Of a stretch of DNA of 34,325 nt, positions 17,200-25,988 are shown piece by piece. Every line of letters starts with the position of its first letter. The stretch's first letter is position 1. The stretch is from Gemmatimonadales bacterium (GTDB taxonomy: Bacteria; Gemmatimonadota; Gemmatimonadetes; Gemmatimonadales; GWC2-71-9): positions 1 to 34,325 of the forward strand of contig JBFGJG010000046.1 of the NCBI GenBank assembly GCA_041577295.1, in the 5' to 3' direction. Below the pieces are notes generated by a model. That model was not told where the DNA came from. It saw only the letters and a list, made by a program, of their open reading frames with translations, and made no database searches. Made by a program: the position numbers and the translations under genes.

Positions 17200-18243
17200 A
17201 TGGTAATAGTGATGAAGCCCGGTGCGAACGCGAAGGACGTCGATTACGTCGTTCGGCGGGCTCGCAGTTTAGGTCTCAAGACGCACCTCTCTGCTCAGAA
17301 CGGGCACACGCTCATTGGCCTGACGGGTGACCTGAAGGGGCTCAACCCCAATGTGCTGACGGGACTACGTGGGGTGGAGTGCGTAAGGCCCATGAGCCGT
17401 CCGTTCCAGCTCGCGAGCAAGGAGTTCCGGCCCGAGCCAACCACGGTCACGGTTCGGGATGTGGTTATCGGTGGAAGTGAGGTGGTGATGATGGCGGGGC
17501 CGTGCTCGGTCGAGACGCCCGAGAGCATGATGAAGACGGCACAGGGCGTCAAAGAGGCGGGTGCCCGGCTATTCCGTGGCGGTGCGTTCAAGCCGCGATC
17601 GTCGCCCTACTCGTTCCAGGGGCTCGCCGAGGAGGGGCTTCGCATCCTGGCGGACATCCGTGCAGAAACTGGCATGCCCATTGTGACCGAGGTGCTGTCG
17701 TCGGAGCATGTGCCGCTCGTGGCAAAATACGCCGACGTCTTGCAGATCGGGACGCGCAACATGCAAAACTACATGTTGCTGCATGCCGCGGGTGAGACGA
17801 AGATGCCGGTGCTCCTCAAGCGGGGTATGATGTCCACCATTGAGGAGTTCCTGCTGAGTGCCGAGTACATCTTGTCGCACGGCAACCCGAACGTGCTGCT
17901 GTGCGAGCGAGGTATCCGTACGTTCGAGACTTACACGCGCAACAGCCTCGATATCAATTCCGTACCGTTGCTCAAGGAGCTTTCGCATTTGCCGGTGATC
18001 GTGGATCCGAGCCACGCGACTGGAAAGCGCAGCTTGGTAAACGCGGTCAGCAAAGCGGCAATCGCGGCCGGTGCCGATGGCCTGATAATTGAAGTACACC
18101 ACGATCCAGAACGGGCCTGGTCGGATGCATTCCAGACCATCTCCGTCAAGCAGTTTGCAGAGTTGACTGAACAGGTTGGCGTGATTGCGGGGGCTGTTGG
18201 CAGGGGCGCGGCATCACATCATGAAACCGCGGGAGTGCGCTAA
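17200..18243 (+). CDS. aroF: DAHP synthase, class I-beta with N-terminal ACT-like domain
   Basis: [45 protein letters not shown] and DPSHATG. Confidence 0.95.
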   Translation: MVIVMKPGANAKDVDYVVRRARSLGLKTHLSAQNGHTLIGLTGDLKGLNPNVLTGLRGVECVRPMSRPFQLASKEFRPEPTTVTVRDVVIGGSEVVMMAGPCSVETPESMMKTAQGVKEAGARLFRGGAFKPRSSPYSFQGLAEEGLRILADIRAETGMPIVTEVLSSEHVPLVAKYADVLQIGTRNMQNYMLLHAAGETKMPVLLKRGMMSTIEEFLLSAEYILSHGNPNVLLCERGIRTFETYTRNSLDINSVPLLKELSHLPVIVDPSHATGKRSLVNAVSKAAIAAGADGLIIEVHHDPERAWSDAFQTISVKQFAELTEQVGVIAGAVGRGAASHHETAGVR

Positions 18244-18260
18244 CCATTGAGTTGGGAGGA

Positions 18261-18383
18261 TTCGTTATCCGTTGTCCGTTGCTGGTTGACCGTCGATCAT
18301 ACTAGCGAGATGCCATCGCCGTCGCGCGTGGCTACCAACTGAACAATAAGACGGCTACTCGGCAGCGGACGACGGACGACGAA
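18261..18383. repeat. Inverted repeat with 7-nt periodic arms between convergent genes
   Basis: TTCGTTATCCGTTGTCCGTTGCTG (18261-18284) pairs with CGGCAGCGGACGACGGACGACGAA (18360-18383) by Watson-Crick plus G-U pairs, with one mismatch. Confidence 0.7.
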
Positions 18384-18389
18384 CTCACC

Positions 18390-19673
18390 CTAACCCTTCT
18401 TGAAGCGGCGCGCCTTTAGCTCGTAGCGCGGCAGGCTCCCAGCCTCCATCACCACCACGCGCGGCCGGAGATTGAGACTCCGGTAGATCGTGCTCGTCAA
18501 CGCGGTGGCGATCGGATCCGCCGTTCCATTCACTTCGATCTTCACCACGAGCTCAGCCATTTCACGGTGCTGCTCGACCACCACCTCGAACTCCGCGACC
18601 TCGGGGAATTCACGCACGAGATTTTCGATGGCGCTGGGATAAACATTGATGCCGCGAACGATCACCATGTCGTCGATTCTGCCGAGCACACCACCACGGA
18701 GGGCCGCCAGCTGCCGACCGCAGCCGCATGAGTCGTGCTTGAGCTCGACGAGATCGCCGGTCCGGTACCGGATGAGGGGGCTGCCCAGCCGGCCGAGGTT
18801 CGTGAGCACCAGCTCGCCCCGCTGAACACCGTCCGGTCCAACGGGCGCCGGTTCGAGGGTGTTGGGGTCGATTACTTCCGCCACGAACTCGAGTTCGTTG
18901 ATGTGCATGTGGTTTTCGTACCCGCAGCTGAACCCCCAGGCACCGAGTTCGGTGGCCCCCGCGTGATCGACACACCGAGCACCCCACGCCTCTTCGAGCC
19001 GGGCCTTGACGTTGGGAACGCTGGCACCCGGCTCACCGGCGTGGACGGTTATGCGGACCGCGCTTTCAGCGAGGTCGAGGCCCTCTTCTCGCGCTACCTC
19101 CGCCATGCGGAGCGCGTAGGTGGGTGTGGAGACCACCACGGTGCTCCGGTGCTCGAGGAGGGTTTCGACACGTTGCTTGGTGCTAAGCCCTCCTCCCGCG
19201 AGCATCATCGCGCCCAAATGCTGGCCCGCCTCGAACGCCGTCCAAAACCCAATGAATGGCCCAAAGGAGAACGCGACAAAGACACGGTCGTCTCCGGTCA
19301 CGCCGGCGGCGCGGTAGACCTCTTTCCAGCAGTCGAGCCACCAGCGCCAGCTCTCCGGCGTATCGAGCCAACGTAGGGGACGCCCGGTTGTGCCTGAGGT
19401 GAGATGCAATCGGGTATACTCCCCAGGCGGAAAGGTCAGATTGGTTCCGTACGGGGGATGGCGTTCCTGGTCGTCCACCAGGTCCGACTTGACGGTGAAC
19501 GGAATCTTCGAAAGATCGTCCAGATCCGGTGGCTTCTCGGCAGAGAAACCACTGACGGTGCACTTCGCGCGGTAAAAGGTGTTGCTTGCCAGGACCCGAC
19601 GCATCATCATGCCAAACTTGAACGCCTGCTCGGCGCTTATCTGTTCGCGGGTCGAGAAAGGTGTGTGGGGCAT
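18390..19673 (-). CDS. PaaK-family adenylate-forming enzyme, copy 2
   Basis: Same motifs as copy 1: TSGTTG, STPTYA, AGEPG, GATE, IRYRTGD and GRIDD...RGINVYPSAIE. Confidence 0.92.
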   Translation of the reverse strand: MPHTPFSTREQISAEQAFKFGMMMRRVLASNTFYRAKCTVSGFSAEKPPDLDDLSKIPFTVKSDLVDDQERHPPYGTNLTFPPGEYTRLHLTSGTTGRPLRWLDTPESWRWWLDCWKEVYRAAGVTGDDRVFVAFSFGPFIGFWTAFEAGQHLGAMMLAGGGLSTKQRVETLLEHRSTVVVSTPTYALRMAEVAREEGLDLAESAVRITVHAGEPGASVPNVKARLEEAWGARCVDHAGATELGAWGFSCGYENHMHINELEFVAEVIDPNTLEPAPVGPDGVQRGELVLTNLGRLGSPLIRYRTGDLVELKHDSCGCGRQLAALRGGVLGRIDDMVIVRGINVYPSAIENLVREFPEVAEFEVVVEQHREMAELVVKIEVNGTADPIATALTSTIYRSLNLRPRVVVMEAGSLPRYELKARRFKKG

Positions 19674-19717
19674 GAGGGCTGGTGTTTGAGACTCTAATAT
19701 GATCTAGGTGTCAAGGC

Positions 19718-20791
19718 ATGGAGCCGTTAAATCTCACAGAGTTCGAGCAGCTCGCGCGGGACCGACTTTCGGTAGACGCGTTCGATTACGTGTCCGGCGG
19801 GGCGGACGACGAGGTGACGCTCCGTGAGAATCGGCTCGCCTTCCGCCGGATCTCACTCATACCGCGTGTTCTAGTGGATGTGTCGTCGGTGGACGTCTCA
19901 ACCACCGTGCTCGGACAACAGGTAGGGCTCCCCGTGCTACTCGCTCCAGCGGCGTTTCAGCGGTTTCTCCATCCAGATGGCGAGGTGGCTGCCGCACGCG
20001 CGGCGGCGAACGCCAGCGCCCTCATCGTCGCGAGCACATTTAGCTCGGCCAGCATGGAGGAGATTGCGGTACCGGACGGACCGCGCTGGTTTCAGTTGTA
20101 CTGCGCCAAGGATCGCGAGCGCACCCGGGAGTTGTTGCAACGTGCGGCAGACCAGGGGTACAGCGCGATCTGTGTGACGATCGACGTTCCCAAGGTGGGG
20201 CGACGTGAGCGCGATATTCGAAACCGAGCACAGCTCACGGCTGACTCAATGCCGGGAAACTTTGCGCAGGCGCTCGATCTCTCCGGCGTGCCCGACGCGG
20301 CACGAGGTTCAGCGATCGAGCAGTTCGTCAATGACTATCTGGTCGAGAAGCTCACGTGGGAGGACGTCGAGTGGATTCGGTCGATGACCAGCCTACCGGT
20401 ACTGCTCAAAGGAATACTGTCGGCCGCCGATGCCAGGCTGGCTGTAGCTTACGGCATCGAGGGGATCGTCGTGTCAAATCACGGCGGCCGACAGCTCGAT
20501 GGGGTGCCAGCGACCATCGACGTGCTCGAGGAGATCGTCGACGCGGTGGAGGGAAATGCGGAGGTGCTGCTCGATGGTGGTGTGCGGCGGGGTACGGACG
20601 TGGTGAAGGCATTGGCCCTGGGTGCGAGGGCCGTACTCATTGGGCGGCCGTACCTATGGGGTCTCGCGGCGGATGGGGAGGAAGGCGTACGTCGGGTCCT
20701 CGAGCTGTTGCGCGATGAGGTTACGCTGGCACTCGCGTTGCTTGGCTGCCCACGGGTGCGCGACGTGACGAAGGAGCACGTCCGGCGATGA
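19718..20791 (+). CDS. FMN-dependent alpha-hydroxy-acid oxidase/dehydrogenase
   Basis: FDYVSGGA, WFQLY, GRRERD, LKGI, VSNHGGRQLD and DGGVRRGTDVVKALALGA. Confidence 0.95.
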   Translation: MEPLNLTEFEQLARDRLSVDAFDYVSGGADDEVTLRENRLAFRRISLIPRVLVDVSSVDVSTTVLGQQVGLPVLLAPAAFQRFLHPDGEVAAARAAANASALIVASTFSSASMEEIAVPDGPRWFQLYCAKDRERTRELLQRAADQGYSAICVTIDVPKVGRRERDIRNRAQLTADSMPGNFAQALDLSGVPDAARGSAIEQFVNDYLVEKLTWEDVEWIRSMTSLPVLLKGILSAADARLAVAYGIEGIVVSNHGGRQLDGVPATIDVLEEIVDAVEGNAEVLLDGGVRRGTDVVKALALGARAVLIGRPYLWGLAADGEEGVRRVLELLRDEVTLALALLGCPRVRDVTKEHVRR

Positions 20792-21030
20792 CGGCCAACG
20801 AGAAGCGACGATTTCCGTGGGGGTGGACGCTGCTCTTTGGAGTGGTCTTTGCACTCTCCATGGACTTTTGGTGGTGGGACGGTCCGGTCACGTTCGGTCC
20901 GCTCACACTACCCCGGTGGATCTACTATTTCGTGCTGTTGCAGTTTGGGTTCGCGGTCGCAGTCCACTTCTTCGGAACTGCCTACTGGCGGTCCGAGACG
21001 CTGGACGATGAAGAGAGCCCGGAGACGTGA
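20788..21030 (+). CDS. Small two-TM partner of SSS transporter (DUF3311/DUF997-like)
   Basis: Two hydrophobic helices with DFWWW...LPRW. Overlaps its neighbours by ATGA and GTGA. Confidence 0.75.
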   Translation: MTANEKRRFPWGWTLLFGVVFALSMDFWWWDGPVTFGPLTLPRWIYYFVLLQFGFAVAVHFFGTAYWRSETLDDEESPET

Positions 21031-22505
21031 CGGCCTATCTTATCGTTGGTTTCTACCTGCTGATCACCATCGGGATCGGCCTGCTCGCCTTTCACTATCA
21101 GAAGAACACACCGGACGACTATTTCCTGGCCAACCGCAGGGTTGGCGCATTCGTTCTCTTTTTCACCCTCATCGCAACGAACTTCAGTGCTTTCTTCTTT
21201 CTCGGATTTGCGGGCGCGGGGTACCGCATCGGCTACGGTTACTATGGAATCCTGTCGTTTGGGACCGCCCTGGTAGCGTTGTCGTTTTTCTTCATTGGTC
21301 ATCGTGCGTGGTTGCTCGGCAAGGCTCGGGGCTACATCACGCCGCCCGAGCTGATTGGCGATCGATTACGCAGCCCGTCGTTGCAGGTCGTCTTTCTCGC
21401 GGTGATGGTGTTCTTCACCATCCCCTATCTCGCGCTCCAACCCATCGGTGCCGGGTACCTGCTGTCGGAGCTCACGAACAATGCGATCCCGTACTTCTGG
21501 GGCGCCGTGCTGCTCACGGCGTTCATGGTGCTCTACGTATTTCTCGGCGGGATGCGCAGTGTAGCCATCACGGATGTGTTTCAAGGGCTGCTGATGTTCG
21601 TGCTCACCGTGGTTGCCGTGATGTACGTTGCCAACGCGTTCGGCGGGGTATCCGAAGCGAACAGGCGAGTGCTCGCCATCAAGCCCGAGCTGTTTACACG
21701 TGAGGGTGGGGAAGAATTCTTCACACCGCGGCGGTGGTTCAGCTTCATGCTGCTGTTCCCGCTGGCCGTACCGATGTTCCCTCAGGTGTTCATGCGGTTC
21801 TTCATTCCGGGTTCGGCTCGCTCACTCCGTGTGGCGGCGACGCTTTACCCGCTCGTCACCGCGACCCTCTTTCTCGGTCCGGTGATCATTGGAGTGCTGG
21901 GTCATCTGACGTTTCCCGGACTGGAGGGAACCACGAGCGATCAGATCCTCCCGATGATGCTGACCGCGCACGCACCCGCATGGTTCGCGGCGCTGGTGAC
22001 CGTAGGGGCGCTTGCCGCGTTCATGTCCACGATGGATTCCCAACTCCTTGCACTGAGCTCGATGCTCACGCGTGACGTGTACGTGCGCTTTTTCCGAAGA
22101 ACCGCGACCGTTGGGACACAGGTGACATTGGGTCGAGTGTTGATCGTGGCTCTCTCGGTGATTGGGCTAGTCATCGCGTACCAGCCTCCGGCCACTATCT
22201 TTGCCATCGCGACCGAGGCGTTTACCGGCCTTGCCATTCTGTTCCCGACGACGGTCGCCGTGCTCTACTGGCGCGGGGTGACACCTCTCGCATGTATCGC
22301 ATCGATCGTGGTCGGTCAGGTGTTGCTCATCGGCTATCACTACGAGATCATTCCTGCGAGCATGACCTTTGGGTTTCTTCCACTGATCCCTATCCTCTTC
22401 GTGACCACGGCGGTGTTGGTTGCCGTTGGCCTGGTACAGGAGCGGTTGTTTGGGCCGCCGAGGGTGTCCGACCGAAGACAGGAGGCGATACCGTCACATG
22501 GCTGA
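21027..22505 (+). CDS. Sodium:solute symporter family protein
   Basis: DYFLANR, ATNFSAF, GGMRSVAITDVFQG, PQVFMRF and AAFMSTMDSQLL. Confidence 0.95.
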   Translation: MTAYLIVGFYLLITIGIGLLAFHYQKNTPDDYFLANRRVGAFVLFFTLIATNFSAFFFLGFAGAGYRIGYGYYGILSFGTALVALSFFFIGHRAWLLGKARGYITPPELIGDRLRSPSLQVVFLAVMVFFTIPYLALQPIGAGYLLSELTNNAIPYFWGAVLLTAFMVLYVFLGGMRSVAITDVFQGLLMFVLTVVAVMYVANAFGGVSEANRRVLAIKPELFTREGGEEFFTPRRWFSFMLLFPLAVPMFPQVFMRFFIPGSARSLRVAATLYPLVTATLFLGPVIIGVLGHLTFPGLEGTTSDQILPMMLTAHAPAWFAALVTVGALAAFMSTMDSQLLALSSMLTRDVYVRFFRRTATVGTQVTLGRVLIVALSVIGLVIAYQPPATIFAIATEAFTGLAILFPTTVAVLYWRGVTPLACIASIVVGQVLLIGYHYEIIPASMTFGFLPLIPILFVTTAVLVAVGLVQERLFGPPRVSDRRQEAIPSHG

Positions 22506-22959
22506 ACCTATCTACGTATCCGCCGCGTCCATCGAGAAGGTAAAGGGGGTTCATCGGCGCGCATATCTCGATGCTGGACCGACGGTCGACTTCGGCGTCC
22601 ACGGCCCCATAAAGGAGCATTACAACCTATTCACCGAACGGGACCACGCGCTTCCCGTGGATTTCGTGGTCGCCGCAACCGGCGGCTGAATGCTGGGAAC
22701 GCTTAACGGCGCACTGGAGGTGCGCGGGGTTTCTCTCGAGCCGGACGCCATTCGCGCGGAGGTCCGCGGTATCAACGAGGTGCGTGACGGACTCCCGGTT
22801 CTGACACGGATCGAGGTGCATTACCGGCTGACCATCCCGCCCGATTCGCGGGACGTTGTGGATCGCGCGCTGACCAAGCATCAGGCCAAGTGCCCGACGG
22901 CCGCCTCATTGCGTGGCGCCGTGGAGGTCGTGTGGACGGCGGATATTGAGGAGGTGTGA
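22498..22959 (+). CDS. OsmC/Ohr-family protein with in-frame UGA (probable selenocysteine, codon 64)
   Basis: AGGAGG RBS then ATG 22498. Reads ...PVDFVVAATGG-UGA-MLGTL...KHQAKCPTAASL, with both ORF halves in the same frame. The UGA falls at the first conserved Cys of OsmC proteins. Confidence 0.88.
22690..22734 (+). promoter_or_regulatory. Putative bacterial SECIS element
   Basis: GCGCAC-TGGAG-GTGCGC (22709-22725), with the loop starting 25 nt after UGA and G in the second loop position. A G-U-rich lower stem is possible (GGAACGCTT / GGGGTTTCT). Confidence 0.75.
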
Positions 22960-22966
22960 ATCTCAG

Positions 22967-23013
22967 TAAGGAGTGAGGAGTAGGGAGTGCGTCACTCCCT
23001 CCTCCCTGCACTT
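22967..23013. repeat. 7-nt periodic hairpin between convergent genes (possible terminator)
   Basis: TAAGGAG TGAGGAG TAGGGAG TG-cgt-CACTCCCTCCTCC. Confidence 0.6.
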
Positions 23014-23590
23014 ATCGACTGATCATCACGTGTGCCCAGGGTTCTCCTGGGAACATCAGCCAGGGTCTCTCACGGGATGGGGCGGCCGGGATGCCGGTGG
23101 TCTTCTCGGTGGCGTACGGCATATACAGCACGTAGAGGCCTCTGGAACCGTCGACGTCACCGGTTTCGGGGTTGAACGTACCGCCGGACCAGGAGTAGAG
23201 GGCTGCCGGGCCGTCGGGCATCGCGAGGGTTCCGGCCTCGATCTCTTGGCCCCTGGCTTGCTGAACCTCACTTTGGCTTTTTCCCTCCGCCCGCAGGGCG
23301 CGGCCGCGGGCCATGAACGGCTCGAGGGACTCGTGATAGCAGGCCACGTGAAACTCCTCGTCGGCCGGATCGTCGGCGAGACAGATCATCCCGTTTGTCC
23401 CGGCGCGCAGCTCCACGAGCCTGTTGGACCGTCCCCGGTAGCCGAGAACTTGTGCGCCGTCCCGTAACTCGGTTGGCAGGGCCGCCACCGCTTCCGCGAT
23501 CTGGCGGGTGGGGGCTTTCTGCTGGGCGCAGGCCACCTGACTCCCGATCGCCAGACCGATCGCGGGGACGAGCATCATCGAGGGACGCAT
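23012..23590 (-). CDS. Conserved hypothetical exported protein
   Basis: Signal-like N-terminus; ICLADDP...FHVACYH...FMARGRALRAEG...TG...PWLMFPGEPWAHVMI. GAGGT precedes ATG 23590 (alternative start 23602). Confidence 0.75.
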   Translation of the reverse strand: MRPSMMLVPAIGLAIGSQVACAQQKAPTRQIAEAVAALPTELRDGAQVLGYRGRSNRLVELRAGTNGMICLADDPADEEFHVACYHESLEPFMARGRALRAEGKSQSEVQQARGQEIEAGTLAMPDGPAALYSWSGGTFNPETGDVDGSRGLYVLYMPYATEKTTGIPAAPSRERPWLMFPGEPWAHVMISR

Positions 23591-23731
23591 GACATACCTC
23601 ATACCGAAAATGGGTTTGGGAACTATACAGTCTGCGGCGCGTATGGGTCCTTGGCAAGCGTGCCGGTATATGTCTATGCTTACGGACGGGAGTCCTTGGC
23701 GGCCGTCCCGATACCCCTAGCCGGAGGAGAG

Positions 23732-25816
23732 ATGACCCGTCGTTACCTGACCACGTTGGCGGTGCTCGTCGCGATCGGCGCGCCGCAGACTGCGTGGGCC
23801 CAAGAGGTACCGTCGGACACGCTGCTCACGGTCAATCACTTTCTCGACTGGGAGCATGCGAGCGATCCACAGATTTCTCCGGACACGTCCCAGATCGTCT
23901 ACACCCGCTGGAGCGTCAACAAGAGAACAGATCGGTGGGACGCGGCGCTTTGGCTAGTCAACACCGACGGGACGAAGCACCGTTTTCTCGTGGGCGGTCG
24001 CGAAGCCAGGTGGTCGCCGGACGGTACCCGCATCGCCTACCTGGCGCGTGACGGCGAGGGCCGCGACCAGATCTTCGTGCGGTGGATGGACGCGGAGGGT
24101 GCTGTCAGTCAGGTCACCCGCGTCAACCACGCTCCGTGGCACGTCCGGTGGTCACCCGACGGAGAGAACATCGTCTTCTTGATGTTGGTTCCGAGCGCCG
24201 AGGAGTGGAACATCTCGCTTCCGGCGCCACCGGCAGGTGCGCAGTGGACGACGCCGCCGCGAATCACCCGCCGAATGCACTACCGCAAGGATGGGGTGGG
24301 TTTCGTCGATTCGGGGTACGACCATCTCTTCACGGTGCCCGCCGACGGTGGGACGCCTCGTCAGCTCACCAGCGGTGCGTGGAACGTGGGCGCGCGCACC
24401 GTTGGGATTGGGGGTAGTGGCACGTTCGACTTCACCCCCGACGGCACCACTCTCGTTTTCGACGGCCTCATGGAAGCGGACGCCGATCTCAGGTATCGCG
24501 AGTCCCATATCTACGCCCTCGAACTCGAGAGCGGCGAGATCCAACAACTCACACGGCGCAGGGGACCATGGACCAACCCGGTGGTTTCACCGGACGGCCG
24601 TCGCATTGCCTTCGTGGGGTACGACTGGACGCCTCAGACGTACCGGGCACGGCAGGTGTACGTGATGGACCGGGATGGTTCCAACATGCGGTCGATCACG
24701 GGCCAGTTCGATCGCGACCCGCAGAACATCACATGGCACCCCGAGAGTGAGGCGCTCTACTTCCACGCTGATGACAGCGGTGCCCGGAACGTGCACTTGG
24801 TTCACCTGAACGGAAATGTGCGAGCGATCACTGAAGGGAGTCACGTGGTGTCGCTCGGTACGATCGCAAACGGGCTGGCAGTTGGACTCCAATCCGCTCA
24901 CCACGCGCCAGCTGACGTGGTGCGCTTTCGACTCGGCGTACCGTCCGAAGAGGAACCACAAGAGATCGTCCAGCTGACGCAGCTCAACCAGGATATCCTT
25001 GGCACCAAGCGGCTCGGTGCGGTCGAGGAGATTCGGTACATCTCGACCGAGGAGACTCCCATTCAAGGGTGGGTCGTGAAGCCACCCGCGTTCGATTCGA
25101 CCCTGCGATACCCGTTGATACTCGAGATCCACGATGGACCACACGCCATGTACGACGTGGGGTTCAATTACTCGTTCCAAAACTTCGCCGCCAACGGGTT
25201 CGTGGTGCTCTACACCAACCCGCGAGGGAGTAGCGGATACGGAACCGCGTTTGGCAACGCGATTGACAACGGCTTTCCCAGCGTCGATTACGCCGACTTG
25301 ATGGCCGGGGTCGACTCATTGCTCGCCCGGGGCTTCATCGACCCGAACCGTCTCTACGTGACAGGGTGTGGCGCGGGGGGCGTGTTGGCCAGCTGGATCA
25401 TCGGGCAAACCGATCGCTTCGCCGCCGCGGCGGTCCGGTGTCCCGTCGTGAATTGGATCAGCTTTTCCGGAACGACGGACATCACCTTGTGGGGCTATCA
25501 CCGATATGGCGGTTTTCCCTGGGACAACCCGGAGAAGTGGCTGCGGCACTCTCCGCTCATGAACGTGGCAAAAATCAAGACGCCAACATTGCTCATGGTC
25601 GGTGAGCACGACCTCCGCACGCCCGTCTCACAGACGGAAGAGTTCTACAAGGCGCTCAAGGCGCTTGGCGTTTCCACGGCTCTCATGCGGTTTGCCGACG
25701 AGTACCACGGCACTGAGTCGCGACCCTCCAACTTCATGCGCACCCAGCTCTACATCATGAGCTGGTTCAATCAGCACGATGGGACGGCGAGGGCGTCGGC
25801 CGGGGTGGTGAGGTGA
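23732..25816 (+). CDS. S9-family (prolyl oligopeptidase/acylaminoacyl peptidase-like) protein, catalytic Ser absent
   Basis: Signal peptide, WSPDG/PD40 propeller repeats, NPRGSSGYG, DLRTP (Asp) and EYHG (His). The nucleophile elbow reads GCGAG. GGAGG RBS before ATG 23732. Confidence 0.9.
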   Translation: MTRRYLTTLAVLVAIGAPQTAWAQEVPSDTLLTVNHFLDWEHASDPQISPDTSQIVYTRWSVNKRTDRWDAALWLVNTDGTKHRFLVGGREARWSPDGTRIAYLARDGEGRDQIFVRWMDAEGAVSQVTRVNHAPWHVRWSPDGENIVFLMLVPSAEEWNISLPAPPAGAQWTTPPRITRRMHYRKDGVGFVDSGYDHLFTVPADGGTPRQLTSGAWNVGARTVGIGGSGTFDFTPDGTTLVFDGLMEADADLRYRESHIYALELESGEIQQLTRRRGPWTNPVVSPDGRRIAFVGYDWTPQTYRARQVYVMDRDGSNMRSITGQFDRDPQNITWHPESEALYFHADDSGARNVHLVHLNGNVRAITEGSHVVSLGTIANGLAVGLQSAHHAPADVVRFRLGVPSEEEPQEIVQLTQLNQDILGTKRLGAVEEIRYISTEETPIQGWVVKPPAFDSTLRYPLILEIHDGPHAMYDVGFNYSFQNFAANGFVVLYTNPRGSSGYGTAFGNAIDNGFPSVDYADLMAGVDSLLARGFIDPNRLYVTGCGAGGVLASWIIGQTDRFAAAAVRCPVVNWISFSGTTDITLWGYHRYGGFPWDNPEKWLRHSPLMNVAKIKTPTLLMVGEHDLRTPVSQTEEFYKALKALGVSTALMRFADEYHGTESRPSNFMRTQLYIMSWFNQHDGTARASAGVVR

Positions 25817-25988
25817 GGGGGGGAGAAGAGGAGTAGGAGTTCGGGTTCCGTTCGATAGACACTTCCTTCATGTGCGCGGGATGTCGCCGCCAAACTGGCT
25901 TAGGTCATTGAGATAGCAGCAGACTTCCACAATTGTGGAGAATGTTGAAAGTCTGTTGCTAAGCCTCAATCAGCAATCAGCAATCCCT

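Noticed and set aside
19690..19714. Minus-strand TTGACA as the promoter of PaaK copy 2
   Set aside because: No acceptable -10 hexamer at 16-18 bp spacing.
22690..22959. Independent 89-aa gene or OsmC pseudogene
   Set aside because: There is no RBS before ATG 22690, and UGA read-through restores a complete two-site OsmC with a SECIS-like hairpin.
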